Positions 18,345 to 28,226 of a stretch of 64,000 nucleotides of DNA are shown piece by piece; position 1 is the stretch's first letter, and the number at the start of each line of letters is the position of its first letter. The notes under the pieces were generated by a model that saw nothing but the letters and a program-made list of their open reading frames with translations, ran no database searches and was not told where the DNA came from. The DNA is from a virus. The stretch lies in UHGV virus genome UHGV-0086135, one strand, 5' to 3'. The translations under genes were made by a program, and so were the position numbers.

Positions 18345-20158
18345 CGATTGAAAAAGAAATTGAAGGATTGATTCATAAAACTAATAAAGACCTTTTAAAC
18401 GAGAATGCTAATAAAGATTCTCGTGTTTTTCCAACTCAACGGGACCTTATGGCTGGTATTGTGTCTAAACACATTGCCAAAAATATGGTCCCGTCTTTTA
18501 TTATGAAAGCGCATGAAAGCGGAATTATCCATTTCCACGATATTGATTATTCCCCTGCTCTTCCATTTACTAATTGCTGTTTAGTAGATTTAAAAGGAAT
18601 GCTTGAGAATGGATTTAAGCTCGGTAATGCGCAGATTGAAACTCCTAAATCAATCGGCGTTGCTACTGCAATTATGGCACAAATTACTGCACAGGTTGCT
18701 TCTCATCAATATGGCGGAACGACTTTTGCGAATGTAGATAAAGTACTTTCTCCTTATGTTAAACGCACCTATGCAAAACATATTGAGGATGCAGAAAAAT
18801 GGCAAATCGCTGATGCATTGAATTATGCCCAATCTAAAACAGAAAAAGACGTATACGATGCATTCCAAGCTTATGAATATGAAGTAAATACTCTCTTTAG
18901 TTCAAACGGACAAACACCTTTTGTAACAATTACGTTTGGTACGGGAACTGACTGGACTGAACGAATGATTCAGAAAGCAATTCTGAAAAATCGTATTAAA
19001 GGTCTTGGTCGCGATGGGATAACTCCTATTTTCCCTAAGCTTGTTATGTTCGTTGAAGAAGGCGTTAATCTTTATAAAGACGATCCGAACTATGATATTA
19101 AGCAGCTTGCTTTAGAGTGTGCAAGCAAAAGAATGTATCCTGATATTATTTCAGCTAAGAACAATAAAGCTATCACTGGTTCATCTATTCCTGTTTCTCC
19201 AATGGGATGTCGTAGTTTCTTGAGCGTATGGAAAGATTCGACTGGTAATGAAATTCTTGATGGACGTAATAATCTTGGTGTTGTAACACTGAATCTTCCT
19301 CGTATTGCATTAGATTCTTATATTGGAACACAGTTCAATGAACAGAAATTTGCCGAATTGTTCAATGAACGAATGGATTTGTGTTTTGAAGCTTTGATGT
19401 GTAGAATTAGTTCCTTAAAAGGAGTTAAAGCGACTGTTGCTCCTATTCTTTACCAAGAAGGTGCATTCGGGGTTCGTCTTAAACCTGATGACGACATAAT
19501 TGAGTTATTTAAAAACGGTAGAAGTTCAGTGTCCCTAGGATACATTGGTATTCACGAATTGAATATTCTTGCCGGTCGTGATATTGGACAGGAAATTTTA
19601 ACTAAAATGAATGCTCGTCTTAAGCAGTGGACTGAAAGAACCGGTTTTGCTTTTAGCTTGTATTCTACTCCTGCTGAAAACCTGTGCTATCGCTTCTGTA
19701 AACTTGATACTGAGAAATATGGAAGTGTAAAGGATGTTACTGATAAAGGCTGGTACACTAATAGTTTCCATGTTTCAGTAGAAGAAAATATTACTCCGTT
19801 TGAAAAGATTTCTCGCGAAGCCCCATATCATTTCATTGCGACAGGTGGTCACATTTCTTATGTTGAACTTCCTGATATGAAAAATAACCTAAAAGGTCTT
19901 GAGGCTGTATGGGATTATGCTGCACAACATTTAGATTATTTTGGTGTTAATATGCCAGTAGATAAATGTTTTACATGCGGAAGTACCCATGAAATGACTC
20001 CTACTGAAAACGGGTTTGTTTGTTCTATTTGTGGAGAAACTGATCCTAAAAAGATGAACACAATAAGAAGAACTTGTGGCTATTTGGGAAATCCGAATGA
20101 ACGCGGATTTAATCTTGGAAAAAATAAAGAAATCATGCATAGGGTTAAACACCAATGA
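18341..20158 (+). CDS. nrdD: anaerobic ribonucleoside-triphosphate reductase, uninterrupted
   Basis: 605 aa continuous ORF; C-terminal Cys cluster and glycyl-radical region. Confidence 0.95.
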   Translation: MTIEKEIEGLIHKTNKDLLNENANKDSRVFPTQRDLMAGIVSKHIAKNMVPSFIMKAHESGIIHFHDIDYSPALPFTNCCLVDLKGMLENGFKLGNAQIETPKSIGVATAIMAQITAQVASHQYGGTTFANVDKVLSPYVKRTYAKHIEDAEKWQIADALNYAQSKTEKDVYDAFQAYEYEVNTLFSSNGQTPFVTITFGTGTDWTERMIQKAILKNRIKGLGRDGITPIFPKLVMFVEEGVNLYKDDPNYDIKQLALECASKRMYPDIISAKNNKAITGSSIPVSPMGCRSFLSVWKDSTGNEILDGRNNLGVVTLNLPRIALDSYIGTQFNEQKFAELFNERMDLCFEALMCRISSLKGVKATVAPILYQEGAFGVRLKPDDDIIELFKNGRSSVSLGYIGIHELNILAGRDIGQEILTKMNARLKQWTERTGFAFSLYSTPAENLCYRFCKLDTEKYGSVKDVTDKGWYTNSFHVSVEENITPFEKISREAPYHFIATGGHISYVELPDMKNNLKGLEAVWDYAAQHLDYFGVNMPVDKCFTCGSTHEMTPTENGFVCSICGETDPKKMNTIRRTCGYLGNPNERGFNLGKNKEIMHRVKHQ

Positions 20159-20625
20159 ATTATGATAGATTTTATCCTTGTGATTTTGTGAATGGCCCTG
20201 GATGCAGGGTCGTTCTTTTCGTTACAGGTTGTTTGCATAAATGCGAAGGGTGTTATAATAAATCAACATGGAACGCTAGAAATGGTATTCCATTCACTGG
20301 TGAAACGCTGGAACAATTAATTGAATGTTTGAATAATGATTATATAGAAGGATTAACTATAACTGGAGGAGACCCTCTCTATCCTGATAACCGAGATGTT
20401 ATTCATTGCATTGTTCAAACAGTAAAAAATCTTTATCCAAATAAAAGCATTTGGTTGTGGACAGGATATAAGTTTGAAGATATTAAACAACTAGAAATGC
20501 TTAAATATGTTGATGTTATTATTGATGGGAAGTATGAGAAAAATCTTCCGACCAAAAAGTTGTGGCGAGGATCAGATAATCAGCGACTTTGGTCAAATAC
20601 CGATGGGGTGTGGAAACATGATTAA
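20155..20625 (+). CDS. nrdG: anaerobic RNR activating protein (radical SAM)
   Basis: 156 aa; CxxxCxxC motif; ATGA-coupled to nrdD. Confidence 0.9.
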   Translation: MNYDRFYPCDFVNGPGCRVVLFVTGCLHKCEGCYNKSTWNARNGIPFTGETLEQLIECLNNDYIEGLTITGGDPLYPDNRDVIHCIVQTVKNLYPNKSIWLWTGYKFEDIKQLEMLKYVDVIIDGKYEKNLPTKKLWRGSDNQRLWSNTDGVWKHD

Positions 20626-20740
20626 ATTGAATTATATTATGGACACTATAAATGATATGATTTTTCATTTTGGCCCAGAATTTTATTCGCAATATAGTTT
20701 AGTGCTTATCAATGCTTGGTTAATCAATTAAGGGTAAAAT

Positions 20741-20956
20741 ATGTATAAATTTCGTAAAGGTTTAGCTGATTTTCTTACAACTGTAACATTCTTTTTGTTT
20801 ATGGCAGTTGGAGCTATTTTCCTTATTCCTTTTATTGTTATATTTTTCGTGATTAGTTTGATTTCTCCAGAAAAAGGTCTATCTTCTAGCGAGTTCAATG
20901 AGCGTCTGGATAAAATTACTAATAAGCTGAATGCTGTTCTTGATAAAAAGGATTAA
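20741..20956 (+). CDS. small membrane protein, 71 aa
   Basis: Long hydrophobic helix. Confidence 0.5.
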   Translation: MYKFRKGLADFLTTVTFFLFMAVGAIFLIPFIVIFFVISLISPEKGLSSSEFNERLDKITNKLNAVLDKKD

Positions 20957-20958
20957 TT

Positions 20959-21270
20959 ATGATTAGTTTTGAGCGGTATGTGGTAGAGAGTTGGAAGGGT
21001 TTTGATATGTTCGGTAATGACTATTATTTCTATGAATGTAGTCTAAATCCTAGTTTTTGGGCTGGACGAGAACGAGAACTCGAAGAAATTAATAATCGTG
21101 CTGAATTGTTAGGTGAATTACCTACGGTTTATTTTACCTTTGATGCATCTGGATTTGTTATCCAGGTTTATTTTCCTGAAGAAAATTCTGGTGAGGATTC
21201 TGTTAACCCGCCATATTGGGCTTATCAAGGAATTATTTCTCGTGGAACAAAACTCGAACTTAAAGAATAA
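20959..21270 (+). CDS. hypothetical protein, 103 aa
   Basis: AAGGA SD. Confidence 0.5.
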   Translation: MISFERYVVESWKGFDMFGNDYYFYECSLNPSFWAGRERELEEINNRAELLGELPTVYFTFDASGFVIQVYFPEENSGEDSVNPPYWAYQGIISRGTKLELKE

Positions 21271-21565
21271 GATTGAAGTCTATGGAATTCCAGATGAAGT
21301 TGGTCGTTGTCCTGGATGTCAATCAGTTACAAAACTTCTAAAGGAGCTCAATGCTCCTTTTACTTTCTATAAAGTTCTTACAAATAATGGTAAGATCGAG
21401 TATGATCGTCCACTGATTGTATCTCTTGCTAAACGTGCTGGATTTACATCTCTTAACATTCGGTATCCAGTCATTTTCATTAATGATTCTAGACAAAAGA
21501 ACATTAAACACTTCAAAGAAACTCTCATTTCACTTGGATATGATAGAGATATCATAGAAGACTAA
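21242..21565 (+). CDS. nrdH: glutaredoxin-like protein (NrdH-like)
   Basis: CPGC redox motif; no in-frame ATG, GTG 21242 with AAGGA SD proposed. Confidence 0.55.
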   Translation: MEQNSNLKNKIEVYGIPDEVGRCPGCQSVTKLLKELNAPFTFYKVLTNNGKIEYDRPLIVSLAKRAGFTSLNIRYPVIFINDSRQKNIKHFKETLISLGYDRDIIED

Positions 21566-21569
21566 GATG

Positions 21570-21590
21570 GGCCCTCTGGGCCTTTCTTTC
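21570..21590 (+). terminator. rho-independent terminator
   Basis: ggccc-tct-gggcc then T-rich. Confidence 0.55.
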
Positions 21591-21662
21591 TCACATTCTG
21601 TATATTACCATTCTAACTATCGTTCCCTTCTTATCATTCCCTAAAATAATTTTCACAAAGTT

Positions 21663-21692
21663 GTTTACAAGAAGTTCAAACTGTGGTATTAT
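21663..21692 (+). promoter_or_regulatory. T4-type early promoter
   Basis: GTTTAC 21663-21668, TATTAT 21687-21692. Confidence 0.55.
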
Positions 21693-21722
21693 TAACACAT
21701 GAATTGCCTTTGAGGAATTGAT

Positions 21723-21905
21723 ATGGTTGTGGTTGATAAAGAAATTAAAAAGGGACAGTATTATTTTATTAATGGTAATGTTGTTCGTGTTACTTATGTA
21801 AACGGCTTTGAAGTTTATTATCTTATACTCAAGTTACATAAACAGATGATTTGTGATCGTGCTGTATTTAGTTCAGTTGCTAAGGAAATTAAACTCCATG
21901 GGTAA
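21723..21905 (+). CDS. hypothetical protein, 60 aa
   Basis: ORF after early promoter. Confidence 0.4.
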   Translation: MVVVDKEIKKGQYYFINGNVVRVTYVNGFEVYYLILKLHKQMICDRAVFSSVAKEIKLHG

Positions 21906-22191
21906 AACGTATCGTCGTAAAGATTTAAAAGTGCGTGATTATGACTATTTTGGAAAGCGTAAAGCTCCTGATGGTGTAAGTCATAAAGATATGGTCGAAA
22001 ACATTTTTCGCTCTGATAAATGGCGTAGAATGAAAGGCATTGATTCAGAAGTTAAAGATGAGTTAAATCGCCAATTACGTGGTGAAGTAAGAAAGTTGAA
22101 AAAATCAGTTTACATTGACGATGATTTTGATTACAATACTTCTCAACGAGTTGCTAAGCGTAAATCAAACGAGTGCTATCGTTACAGCTGA
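21898..22191 (+). CDS. hypothetical basic protein, 97 aa
   Basis: ATG 21898 overlapping previous stop. Confidence 0.45.
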   Translation: MGKTYRRKDLKVRDYDYFGKRKAPDGVSHKDMVENIFRSDKWRRMKGIDSEVKDELNRQLRGEVRKLKKSVYIDDDFDYNTSQRVAKRKSNECYRYS

Positions 22192-22198
22192 GGAAAAT

Positions 22199-22330
22199 AT
22201 GAATATCAAACGCATGCTTTTTAAACAAGGATTATACACTTTAAATGTTGCTCCAAAAGGCGATACGACCAAGTGGTCAGTAAATGACTGGATTAAATTT
22301 ATTGATGAAAATGGTAACTGGAAAATTTAA
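22199..22330 (+). CDS. hypothetical small protein, 43 aa
   Basis: GAGGAAA SD; not in ORF track as separate start. Confidence 0.35.
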   Translation: MNIKRMLFKQGLYTLNVAPKGDTTKWSVNDWIKFIDENGNWKI

Positions 22331-22531
22331 ATGAATCCTGAATCTAAATTATCGCAACGAATTGCTGAAGAACGTGCCAAATTTTTCCAGAACATGAAAC
22401 ACAATGGTATTGAGGATGAAGTTTTTCTAAATTGGTTCTGGAATAATAAGTATGCAGCATGTGAAGGAGCTTTGTCATTATCAGTCGCAATGATGTACGA
22501 AGGCTGGAAGGGTGCCAAACAGTTTAGCTAA
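22331..22531 (+). CDS. hypothetical protein, 66 aa
   Basis: TAAATG-coupled. Confidence 0.45.
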   Translation: MNPESKLSQRIAEERAKFFQNMKHNGIEDEVFLNWFWNNKYAACEGALSLSVAMMYEGWKGAKQFS

Positions 22532-22548
22532 GGGCTTCGGCCCTTTTT
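22532..22548 (+). terminator. rho-independent terminator
   Basis: gggc-ttcg-gccc + ttttt. Confidence 0.7.
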
Positions 22549-22583
22549 GGATAATAAAATTTTAATGCAATTGAGGATAATGT

Positions 22584-22910
22584 ATGACTATTCAAATTAA
22601 AAACGCCATTAATTCTTACGCATATGATAAAGTAGTTTCTTTGCTAGAAAAAGGCGATATTGTAACTCCTCAAATTTTGGATAAATGGGAAAAAGAGCTT
22701 CATCAGACGATGAAACAGAACGATCAGAAGATTGGACGCAATACTGTCCGCGAATTGTTGGTTCAATATATCTTGTCAGAATTTGATGTTAAAGCTTTTG
22801 GCGTAGAATCTAAAGCTTATCAAAAGCATGAAATTTCCGATAAAACTATTCGTCGTATGAAAAATCAACGCAAGAAAAAATTTGCTGACCTGAAAATTGC
22901 TAAGGTATGA
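22584..22910 (+). CDS. hypothetical protein, 108 aa
   Basis: GAGGA SD. Confidence 0.5.
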   Translation: MTIQIKNAINSYAYDKVVSLLEKGDIVTPQILDKWEKELHQTMKQNDQKIGRNTVRELLVQYILSEFDVKAFGVESKAYQKHEISDKTIRRMKNQRKKKFADLKIAKV

Positions 22911-23128
22911 ATATGAACGAAGCTCTTATTAACGATTTGCGTCTTGCCGGATATGAAGTAAATACAAATGGCATTGGTTTAACTCAAATTGAAGGAAATG
23001 GATTCATCCTTGAGTATGAATTTAGCCAATGGTGGTTATACGCTAATTATGGCGAATTGATTGAATACGTTGACCAGTTTGATTCACTAGATGCAGCTCT
23101 TGAAGCTGCTAAGTTGATGAATGCATGA
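22907..23128 (+). CDS. hypothetical protein, 73 aa
   Basis: ATGA-coupled. Confidence 0.45.
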   Translation: MNMNEALINDLRLAGYEVNTNGIGLTQIEGNGFILEYEFSQWWLYANYGELIEYVDQFDSLDAALEAAKLMNA

Positions 23129-23394
23129 AATTAATTAATATTTCTATTGCTATTGAAAATTTTGGTATTTTCTATGTTGACCAATACATGAAAATTTCAT
23201 TTTTCCCAAATAAAACTGGTGTTGGATATTGGGAAAGCCATGTTTCTGAATTAAATGGAAGTAAATATTCTAATACCCATAAAAAGTTTTTAGACTTTTT
23301 ATATCGCGCTGATATTAATGATCATTACATAGATATTCATGAATTTAAAAAGATGATGGAGAAAGTGTTCCAAGCATACTGCTTACTTAGATAA
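23125..23394 (+). CDS. hypothetical protein, 89 aa
   Basis: ATGA-coupled. Confidence 0.4.
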   Translation: MKLINISIAIENFGIFYVDQYMKISFFPNKTGVGYWESHVSELNGSKYSNTHKKFLDFLYRADINDHYIDIHEFKKMMEKVFQAYCLLR

Positions 23395-23472
23395 CTGATA
23401 TCCTCTATGCTTTAAGATAGATCTTCAAATATTATGATATAATAGATCTATGAATTGAGCTAAGAGGTGAAA

Positions 23473-24030
23473 ATGTCAGAAACTAAGCCTAAATATAATT
23501 ACGTAAACAATAAAGAGCTTTTACAAGCTATTATTGATTGGAAAACAGAATTAGCAAATAATAAAGACCCAAATAAAGTAGTTCGTCAGAATGATACTAT
23601 CGGATTAGCCATTATGCTTATTGCAGAAGGCTTATCTAAACGTTTCAACTTTTCAGGATACACCCAATCTTGGAAACAAGAAATGATTGCAGATGGTATA
23701 GAAGCTTCTATTAAGGGGCTTCATAATTTTGATGAAACGAAATATAAAAACCCACATGCATATATAACTCAAGCTTGTTTTAATGCATTCGTCCAACGTA
23801 TTAAAAAAGAACGTAAGGAAGTTGCAAAGAAATACAGTTACTTCGTTCACAATGTCTATGACAGTCGTGACGACGATATGGTTGCGTTAGTAGATGAAAC
23901 TTTTATTCAAGACATCTACGATAAAATGACGCATTACGAAGAATCAACCTATAGAACACCGGGGGCTGAAAAGAAAAGTGTTGTAGACGATTCTCCTAGT
24001 TTGGATTTTTTATATGAGGCTAACGATTAA
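23473..24030 (+). CDS. 55: late-transcription sigma factor gp55
   Basis: 185 aa starting [24 protein letters not shown]; size matches T4 gp55. Confidence 0.9.
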
Positions 24031-24232
24031 CCTCTCCGGATTCTTGGAAGAAATACCTGAAGTTGAAGCTATTCCCTATTTACTTAAAATGTATCTCAGG
24101 GAAGTTTTAGCTCTTGACATTGATATTGATCCAGAAAATCCGTATGATACCGCTTTTAAATCTAATGGTGTAGAATTAAACTATCGGTATCATTTAACAG
24201 ATGATGATTTTTATTTTATATTAGAGAAATAA
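24014..24232 (+). CDS. hypothetical protein, 72 aa
   Basis: ORF overlapping end of gene 55; start uncertain. Confidence 0.35.
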
Positions 24233-24233
24233 T

Positions 24234-24551
24234 ATGACTGATAAACCCGAAATTAATGATGAAGTGGAAAAGCTTATTTCTTCTATTGAAGAAAAGAACC
24301 GTCTTGAAGCAGAAAGAAAAGCAAATAAGTTATTGTCTAAAAACAAACGCGAACTGAACCGTCTTTATAAGCACGCTCAGATTGCAGCTGAAAACAATAA
24401 TTTCGCTCAATACGAATATGCTATCAAGAAAAGTCGGGATATTCTAAAACAGCCATATAACGATGAACTCATTAGTATTCTTTGGAAGACTACTAGATCG
24501 CAGATTGAGGATATGATTGATGCTTACACACGTAAAATTCAAGCGTCTTAA
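24234..24551 (+). CDS. hypothetical protein, 105 aa
   Basis: SD-preceded ORF. Confidence 0.45.
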   Translation: MTDKPEINDEVEKLISSIEEKNRLEAERKANKLLSKNKRELNRLYKHAQIAAENNNFAQYEYAIKKSRDILKQPYNDELISILWKTTRSQIEDMIDAYTRKIQAS

Positions 24552-24723
24552 AATTAATGCAGGATTTACTGAATCTTTGAATGGTCATCTTTGCGTGAAA
24601 ATTTCTGAAAAAGAATACCATGATAGTTCAATTAAAGAAGTTAATCCTCCTATTGTAAGAGCAGACCCTAATATGAAAGTGTGGGTTGATTCTTATCAAG
24701 TCAAAAAATGGTGGCAACTGTGA
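24517..24723 (+). CDS. hypothetical protein, 68 aa
   Basis: Overlaps previous ORF; start uncertain. Confidence 0.35.
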   Translation: MMLTHVKFKRLKINAGFTESLNGHLCVKISEKEYHDSSIKEVNPPIVRADPNMKVWVDSYQVKKWWQL

Positions 24724-24726
24724 AAG

Positions 24727-24900
24727 ATGAACATCCAGACTTCTGAAATAGATTATAATAAAATTCGTTCCTCTAAAGTAGAAATGATGAGACGCTTTAA
24801 AGAGTCTTATGATAAAGCTAAAGCAGAAGGAACTATAACACATAAACGTATAAAATTTAGAAGCTCTAATGAGCCTCTGTATGGTATATTATGCGGATAG
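24727..24900 (+). CDS. hypothetical protein, 57 aa
   Basis: ATG 24727; not in ORF track. Confidence 0.3.
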   Translation: MNIQTSEIDYNKIRSSKVEMMRRFKESYDKAKAEGTITHKRIKFRSSNEPLYGILCG

Positions 24901-24916
24901 GAGCTTCGGCTCCTAT
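24897..24916 (+). terminator. UUCG-loop hairpin (terminator-like)
   Basis: ataggagc-ttcg-gctcctat; weak T-run. Confidence 0.4.
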
Positions 24917-24942
24917 ATTGCTTTATAAATTTTTGGTAAAAT
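24917..24942 (+). promoter_or_regulatory. candidate middle promoter (MotA box ATTGCTTTA + TAAAAT)
   Basis: MotA-box consensus 24917-24925, TAnnnT 11 bp downstream. Confidence 0.45.
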
Positions 24943-24966
24943 AAACCAAAACAATGAGGATATTAA

Positions 24967-26169
24967 ATGAAAGTATGCATTTTTATGGCTCGAGGTCTTG
25001 AAGGTTGCGGCGTAACTAAATTTTCTCTCGAGCAGCGTGATTGGTTTATTAAAAATGGTCATGAAGTAACTTTGGTTTATGCTAAAGATAAATCATTTAC
25101 CCGTAATTGCGCGCATGATTATAAATCATTTTCAATTCCGGTTTTATTGGCAAAAGAATACGATAAAACACTTAAGCTGGTAAATGATTGTGATATTCTA
25201 ATTATCAATTCAGTTCCTGCTACTTCAGTCGAAGAAGACACTATTAATAACTATAAAAAAATTATTGATAACATTAAACCTTCAGTTCGTGTTGTAGTTT
25301 ATCAACATGACCATTCTTCTCTTTCTTTGCGCCGAAATTTGGGATTAGAAGAAACTGTTCGTCGAGCTGATGTTATTTTTAGTCATTCTGATAATGGTGA
25401 TTTTAATAAAGTTTTGATGAAAGAATGGTATCCAGAAACAGTTTCTCTGTTTGATGATATTGAAGAAGCACCGACTGTATACAACTTTCAGCCTCCTATG
25501 GATATTGCGAAGGTTCGATCAACCTACTGGAAAGATGTTTCTGAAATTAATATGAATGTCAACCGTTGGATCGGTCGTACGACTACATGGAAAGGTTTTT
25601 ATCAGATGTTTGATTTTCACGAAAAACATCTTAAACCTGCGGGATTAAGTACTATTATGGAAGGTCTGGAACGTTCTCCAGCGTTCATTCCTATTAAAGA
25701 AAAAGGAATTCCATACGAATATTATCGTCTTCATCAAGTAGACCAAATTAAAATTGCTCCTAATTTGCCGACGCAAATTCTCGACCGTTATGTAAATAGC
25801 GAAATGCTTGAACGCATGAGTAAATCCGGATTTGGTTATCAGCTGAGTAAGTTGGATAAAAAATATCTACAACGTTCTTTAGAATATACTCATCTCGAGC
25901 TTGGTGCGTGTGGAACAATTCCGGTATTTTGGAAATCTACTGGCGAAAATTTAAAATTCCGTGTTGATAATACTCCGTTAATTTCTCATGATAGCGGTAT
26001 CGTTTGGTTTGATGAAAATGACATGGAATCAACATTTGAACGTATTAAAGAACTGTCATCTGACCGAGCTCTTTATGACCGTGAACGCGAAAAAGCTTAT
26101 GAATTTTTGTATCAGCATCAAGATTCAAGCTTCTGCTTTAAAGAACAGTTTGACATTATTACAAAATAA
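24967..26169 (+). CDS. agt: DNA alpha-glucosyltransferase
   Basis: 400 aa; near-identical to T4 alpha-gt as I recall (MARGLEGCGVTKFSLEQRDWF...). Confidence 0.95.
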   Translation: MKVCIFMARGLEGCGVTKFSLEQRDWFIKNGHEVTLVYAKDKSFTRNCAHDYKSFSIPVLLAKEYDKTLKLVNDCDILIINSVPATSVEEDTINNYKKIIDNIKPSVRVVVYQHDHSSLSLRRNLGLEETVRRADVIFSHSDNGDFNKVLMKEWYPETVSLFDDIEEAPTVYNFQPPMDIAKVRSTYWKDVSEINMNVNRWIGRTTTWKGFYQMFDFHEKHLKPAGLSTIMEGLERSPAFIPIKEKGIPYEYYRLHQVDQIKIAPNLPTQILDRYVNSEMLERMSKSGFGYQLSKLDKKYLQRSLEYTHLELGACGTIPVFWKSTGENLKFRVDNTPLISHDSGIVWFDENDMESTFERIKELSSDRALYDREREKAYEFLYQHQDSSFCFKEQFDIITK

Positions 26170-26170
26170 A

Positions 26171-26185
26171 GGGCTTCGGCCCTTT
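26171..26185 (+). terminator. UUCG-loop hairpin (terminator-like)
   Basis: gggc-ttcg-gccc + ttt. Confidence 0.5.
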
Positions 26186-26208
26186 AGCTTTATACGGAGT
26201 TTGATATA

Positions 26209-26349
26209 ATGATATTTCTTGGATATGTGATACTTTTTCTAGCGTTTTATCTGTTCACCAGAGCATGTTGGATTGGGTTCTTTAGCACTCCAGATGGATT
26301 TATTTCAATAATTTTATTTTGCATTTCAATGACGGTTCTTGATATATGA
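26209..26349 (+). CDS. small membrane peptide, 46 aa
   Basis: Two hydrophobic segments; ATGA-coupled to next ORF. Confidence 0.3.
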   Translation: MIFLGYVILFLAFYLFTRACWIGFFSTPDGFISIILFCISMTVLDI

Positions 26350-26969
26350 AAAAATATATAACTTATTTAACAATATATAGTGGAGATAAGCTTCCTCCTT
26401 TTTATATTGGATCTACGTCTTTAGATAGGCATTTAGCTGGATATCATGGTTCAGTTTTATCTAAAAAGTATAAGAAAATTTATAATAAAGAGCTTTCAGA
26501 TAATCCTCACTTATTTGATTCATGCATTTTAGCTGAATTTGATACGCGTGAAGAAGCTATTAAATGCGAGTTATATTATCAACGATTGCATGATGCAGTT
26601 AAAAATCCATTATTCTTTAATATGTCATATGCTGCTCCAAAAGGTTCATTTGGAAGAGATAATAAAGGACAAAATCATCCATTATATGGTTCTCATAATT
26701 GTAAAGGAAATATACATTCACATGATCCATTAACAGGAAAATCTGCCTTTTTGCCTTATATTCCAGAAGGTTATGTAAAAGGAAGGTCAAATAAATTTAA
26801 AGCTTCATCACATAATAAAGGTAAAAAATGGTATAATAACGGAGTTAAGCAAATGTTATGTCATGAACCTCCTGGTCCTGAATGGACAAAAGGAAAAATT
26901 AAAGAACTGGTTTCAAAAGCAGCTAAATTAGGATGGAAAAGACACCATGAAAATACTAAACTTGGGTGA
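26346..26969 (+). CDS. GIY-YIG homing endonuclease (Seg-like)
   Basis: N-terminal YITYL...FYIGST GIY-YIG-type motif; repeated G..H...K NUMOD-like motifs. Confidence 0.6.
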   Translation: MKKYITYLTIYSGDKLPPFYIGSTSLDRHLAGYHGSVLSKKYKKIYNKELSDNPHLFDSCILAEFDTREEAIKCELYYQRLHDAVKNPLFFNMSYAAPKGSFGRDNKGQNHPLYGSHNCKGNIHSHDPLTGKSAFLPYIPEGYVKGRSNKFKASSHNKGKKWYNNGVKQMLCHEPPGPEWTKGKIKELVSKAAKLGWKRHHENTKLG

Positions 26970-27966
26970 TTGGCATTTAGGCGTTAAAGCTGATGATGAG
27001 TGGATTCGCGGTATTCAAATTGATGGAATTAAGCAAGCGATAGAATATTCTAAGAAAAATGGAATTACTGTATGGATTCAATATGGTGATATTTTTGATG
27101 TGCGAAAAGCAATCACACATAAAACTATGGAGTTTGCCCGTGAAATAGTTCAAATGCTTGATGACGCTGGAATCACATTACATACTATTGTAGGAAATCA
27201 CGATCTCCACTACAAAAATGTAATGCATCCAAATGCTTCTACTGAGCTTTTGGCTAAATATCCTAATGTTAAAGTATATGATAAGCCTACTACAGTAGAT
27301 TTTGACGGATGTTTGATTGATTTAATTCCTTGGATGTGTGAAGAAAATACTGGTGAAATTCTTGAACATATTAAAACTTCATCTGCTTCTTTTTGTGTTG
27401 GTCACTGGGAACTGAATGGATTTTATTTTTATAAAGGAATGAAATCTCACGGTCTTGAACCTGATTTCCTTAAGACTTATAAAGAGGTGTGGTCTGGTCA
27501 CTTCCATACTATCTCTGAGGCTGCTAACGTCAGATATATTGGGACACCATGGACACTAACTGCGGGTGACGAGAATGACCCTCGTGGGTTCTGGATGTTT
27601 GATACAGAAACAGAACGAATGGAATTTATTCCAAACAACACTACCTGGCATCGTCGAATTCAATATCCATTTAAGGGAAAAATTGACTATAAAGATTTTA
27701 CAAATCTATCAGTGCGTGTTATAGTAACTGAAGTAGACAAAAATCTAACGAAGTTCGAATCTGAACTAGAAAAAGTTGTGCATTCATTACGAGTTGTGTC
27801 AAAGATTGATAACTCTGTCGAGTCAGATGATAGTGAAGAAGTTGAAGTTCAATCACTTCAGACGTTAATGGAAGAATACATTAATGCAATTCCAGACATC
27901 ACTGATTCTGATCGCGAAGCACTTATTCAATATGCAAACCAGTTATATGTAGAGGCAACACAATGA
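26947..27966 (+). CDS. 47: recombination nuclease subunit gp47 (Mre11-like)
   Basis: 339 aa; phosphoesterase motifs GDWH, GNHD. Confidence 0.9.
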   Translation: MKILNLGDWHLGVKADDEWIRGIQIDGIKQAIEYSKKNGITVWIQYGDIFDVRKAITHKTMEFAREIVQMLDDAGITLHTIVGNHDLHYKNVMHPNASTELLAKYPNVKVYDKPTTVDFDGCLIDLIPWMCEENTGEILEHIKTSSASFCVGHWELNGFYFYKGMKSHGLEPDFLKTYKEVWSGHFHTISEAANVRYIGTPWTLTAGDENDPRGFWMFDTETERMEFIPNNTTWHRRIQYPFKGKIDYKDFTNLSVRVIVTEVDKNLTKFESELEKVVHSLRVVSKIDNSVESDDSEEVEVQSLQTLMEEYINAIPDITDSDREALIQYANQLYVEATQ

Positions 27967-28226
27967 CTTTTGATGAATTTAAAAATGTTATGATGAGTCA
28001 GCATTTTGAATGCGAAGTAAAAGATGATATTGGGCATAAAGAAATTATTGAATATTGGTTTGAACCGCTAGAGGTTGAAGATAATTGTATTAAAAAGGTT
28101 ACGGTCTGCACTGACTGGGCTGTATCTTTTAACTTCAACATTTTAGATAATGACACACCTAAATCATTACAAGATATGGCTGTATCTTGTATTAAGGATG
28201 CATACTGTGAAGTTTTCGACATTTGA
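27963..28226 (+). CDS. hypothetical protein, 87 aa
   Basis: ATGA-coupled to gene 47. Confidence 0.5.
   Translation: MTFDEFKNVMMSQHFECEVKDDIGHKEIIEYWFEPLEVEDNCIKKVTVCTDWAVSFNFNILDNDTPKSLQDMAVSCIKDAYCEVFDI

Noticed and set aside
18341-20158. Group I intron in nrdD
   Set aside because: The ORF is continuous over 605 codons with no internal stops or endonuclease ORF.
20507-20731. 74-aa ORF overlapping the 3-prime end of nrdG
   Set aside because: Out-of-frame overlap with a conserved gene, no SD, low-complexity product.
21113-21271. Long N-terminal extension of the NrdH-like ORF from ATG 21113
   Set aside because: The extension is Leu-rich junk overlapping a plausible 103-aa gene in another frame; an in-frame GTG at 21242 with AAGGA SD gives a sensible ~107-aa glutaredoxin.
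26539-26733. 64-aa ORF inside the Seg-like endonuclease gene
   Set aside because: Alternative frame within a gene with clear motifs; no SD.
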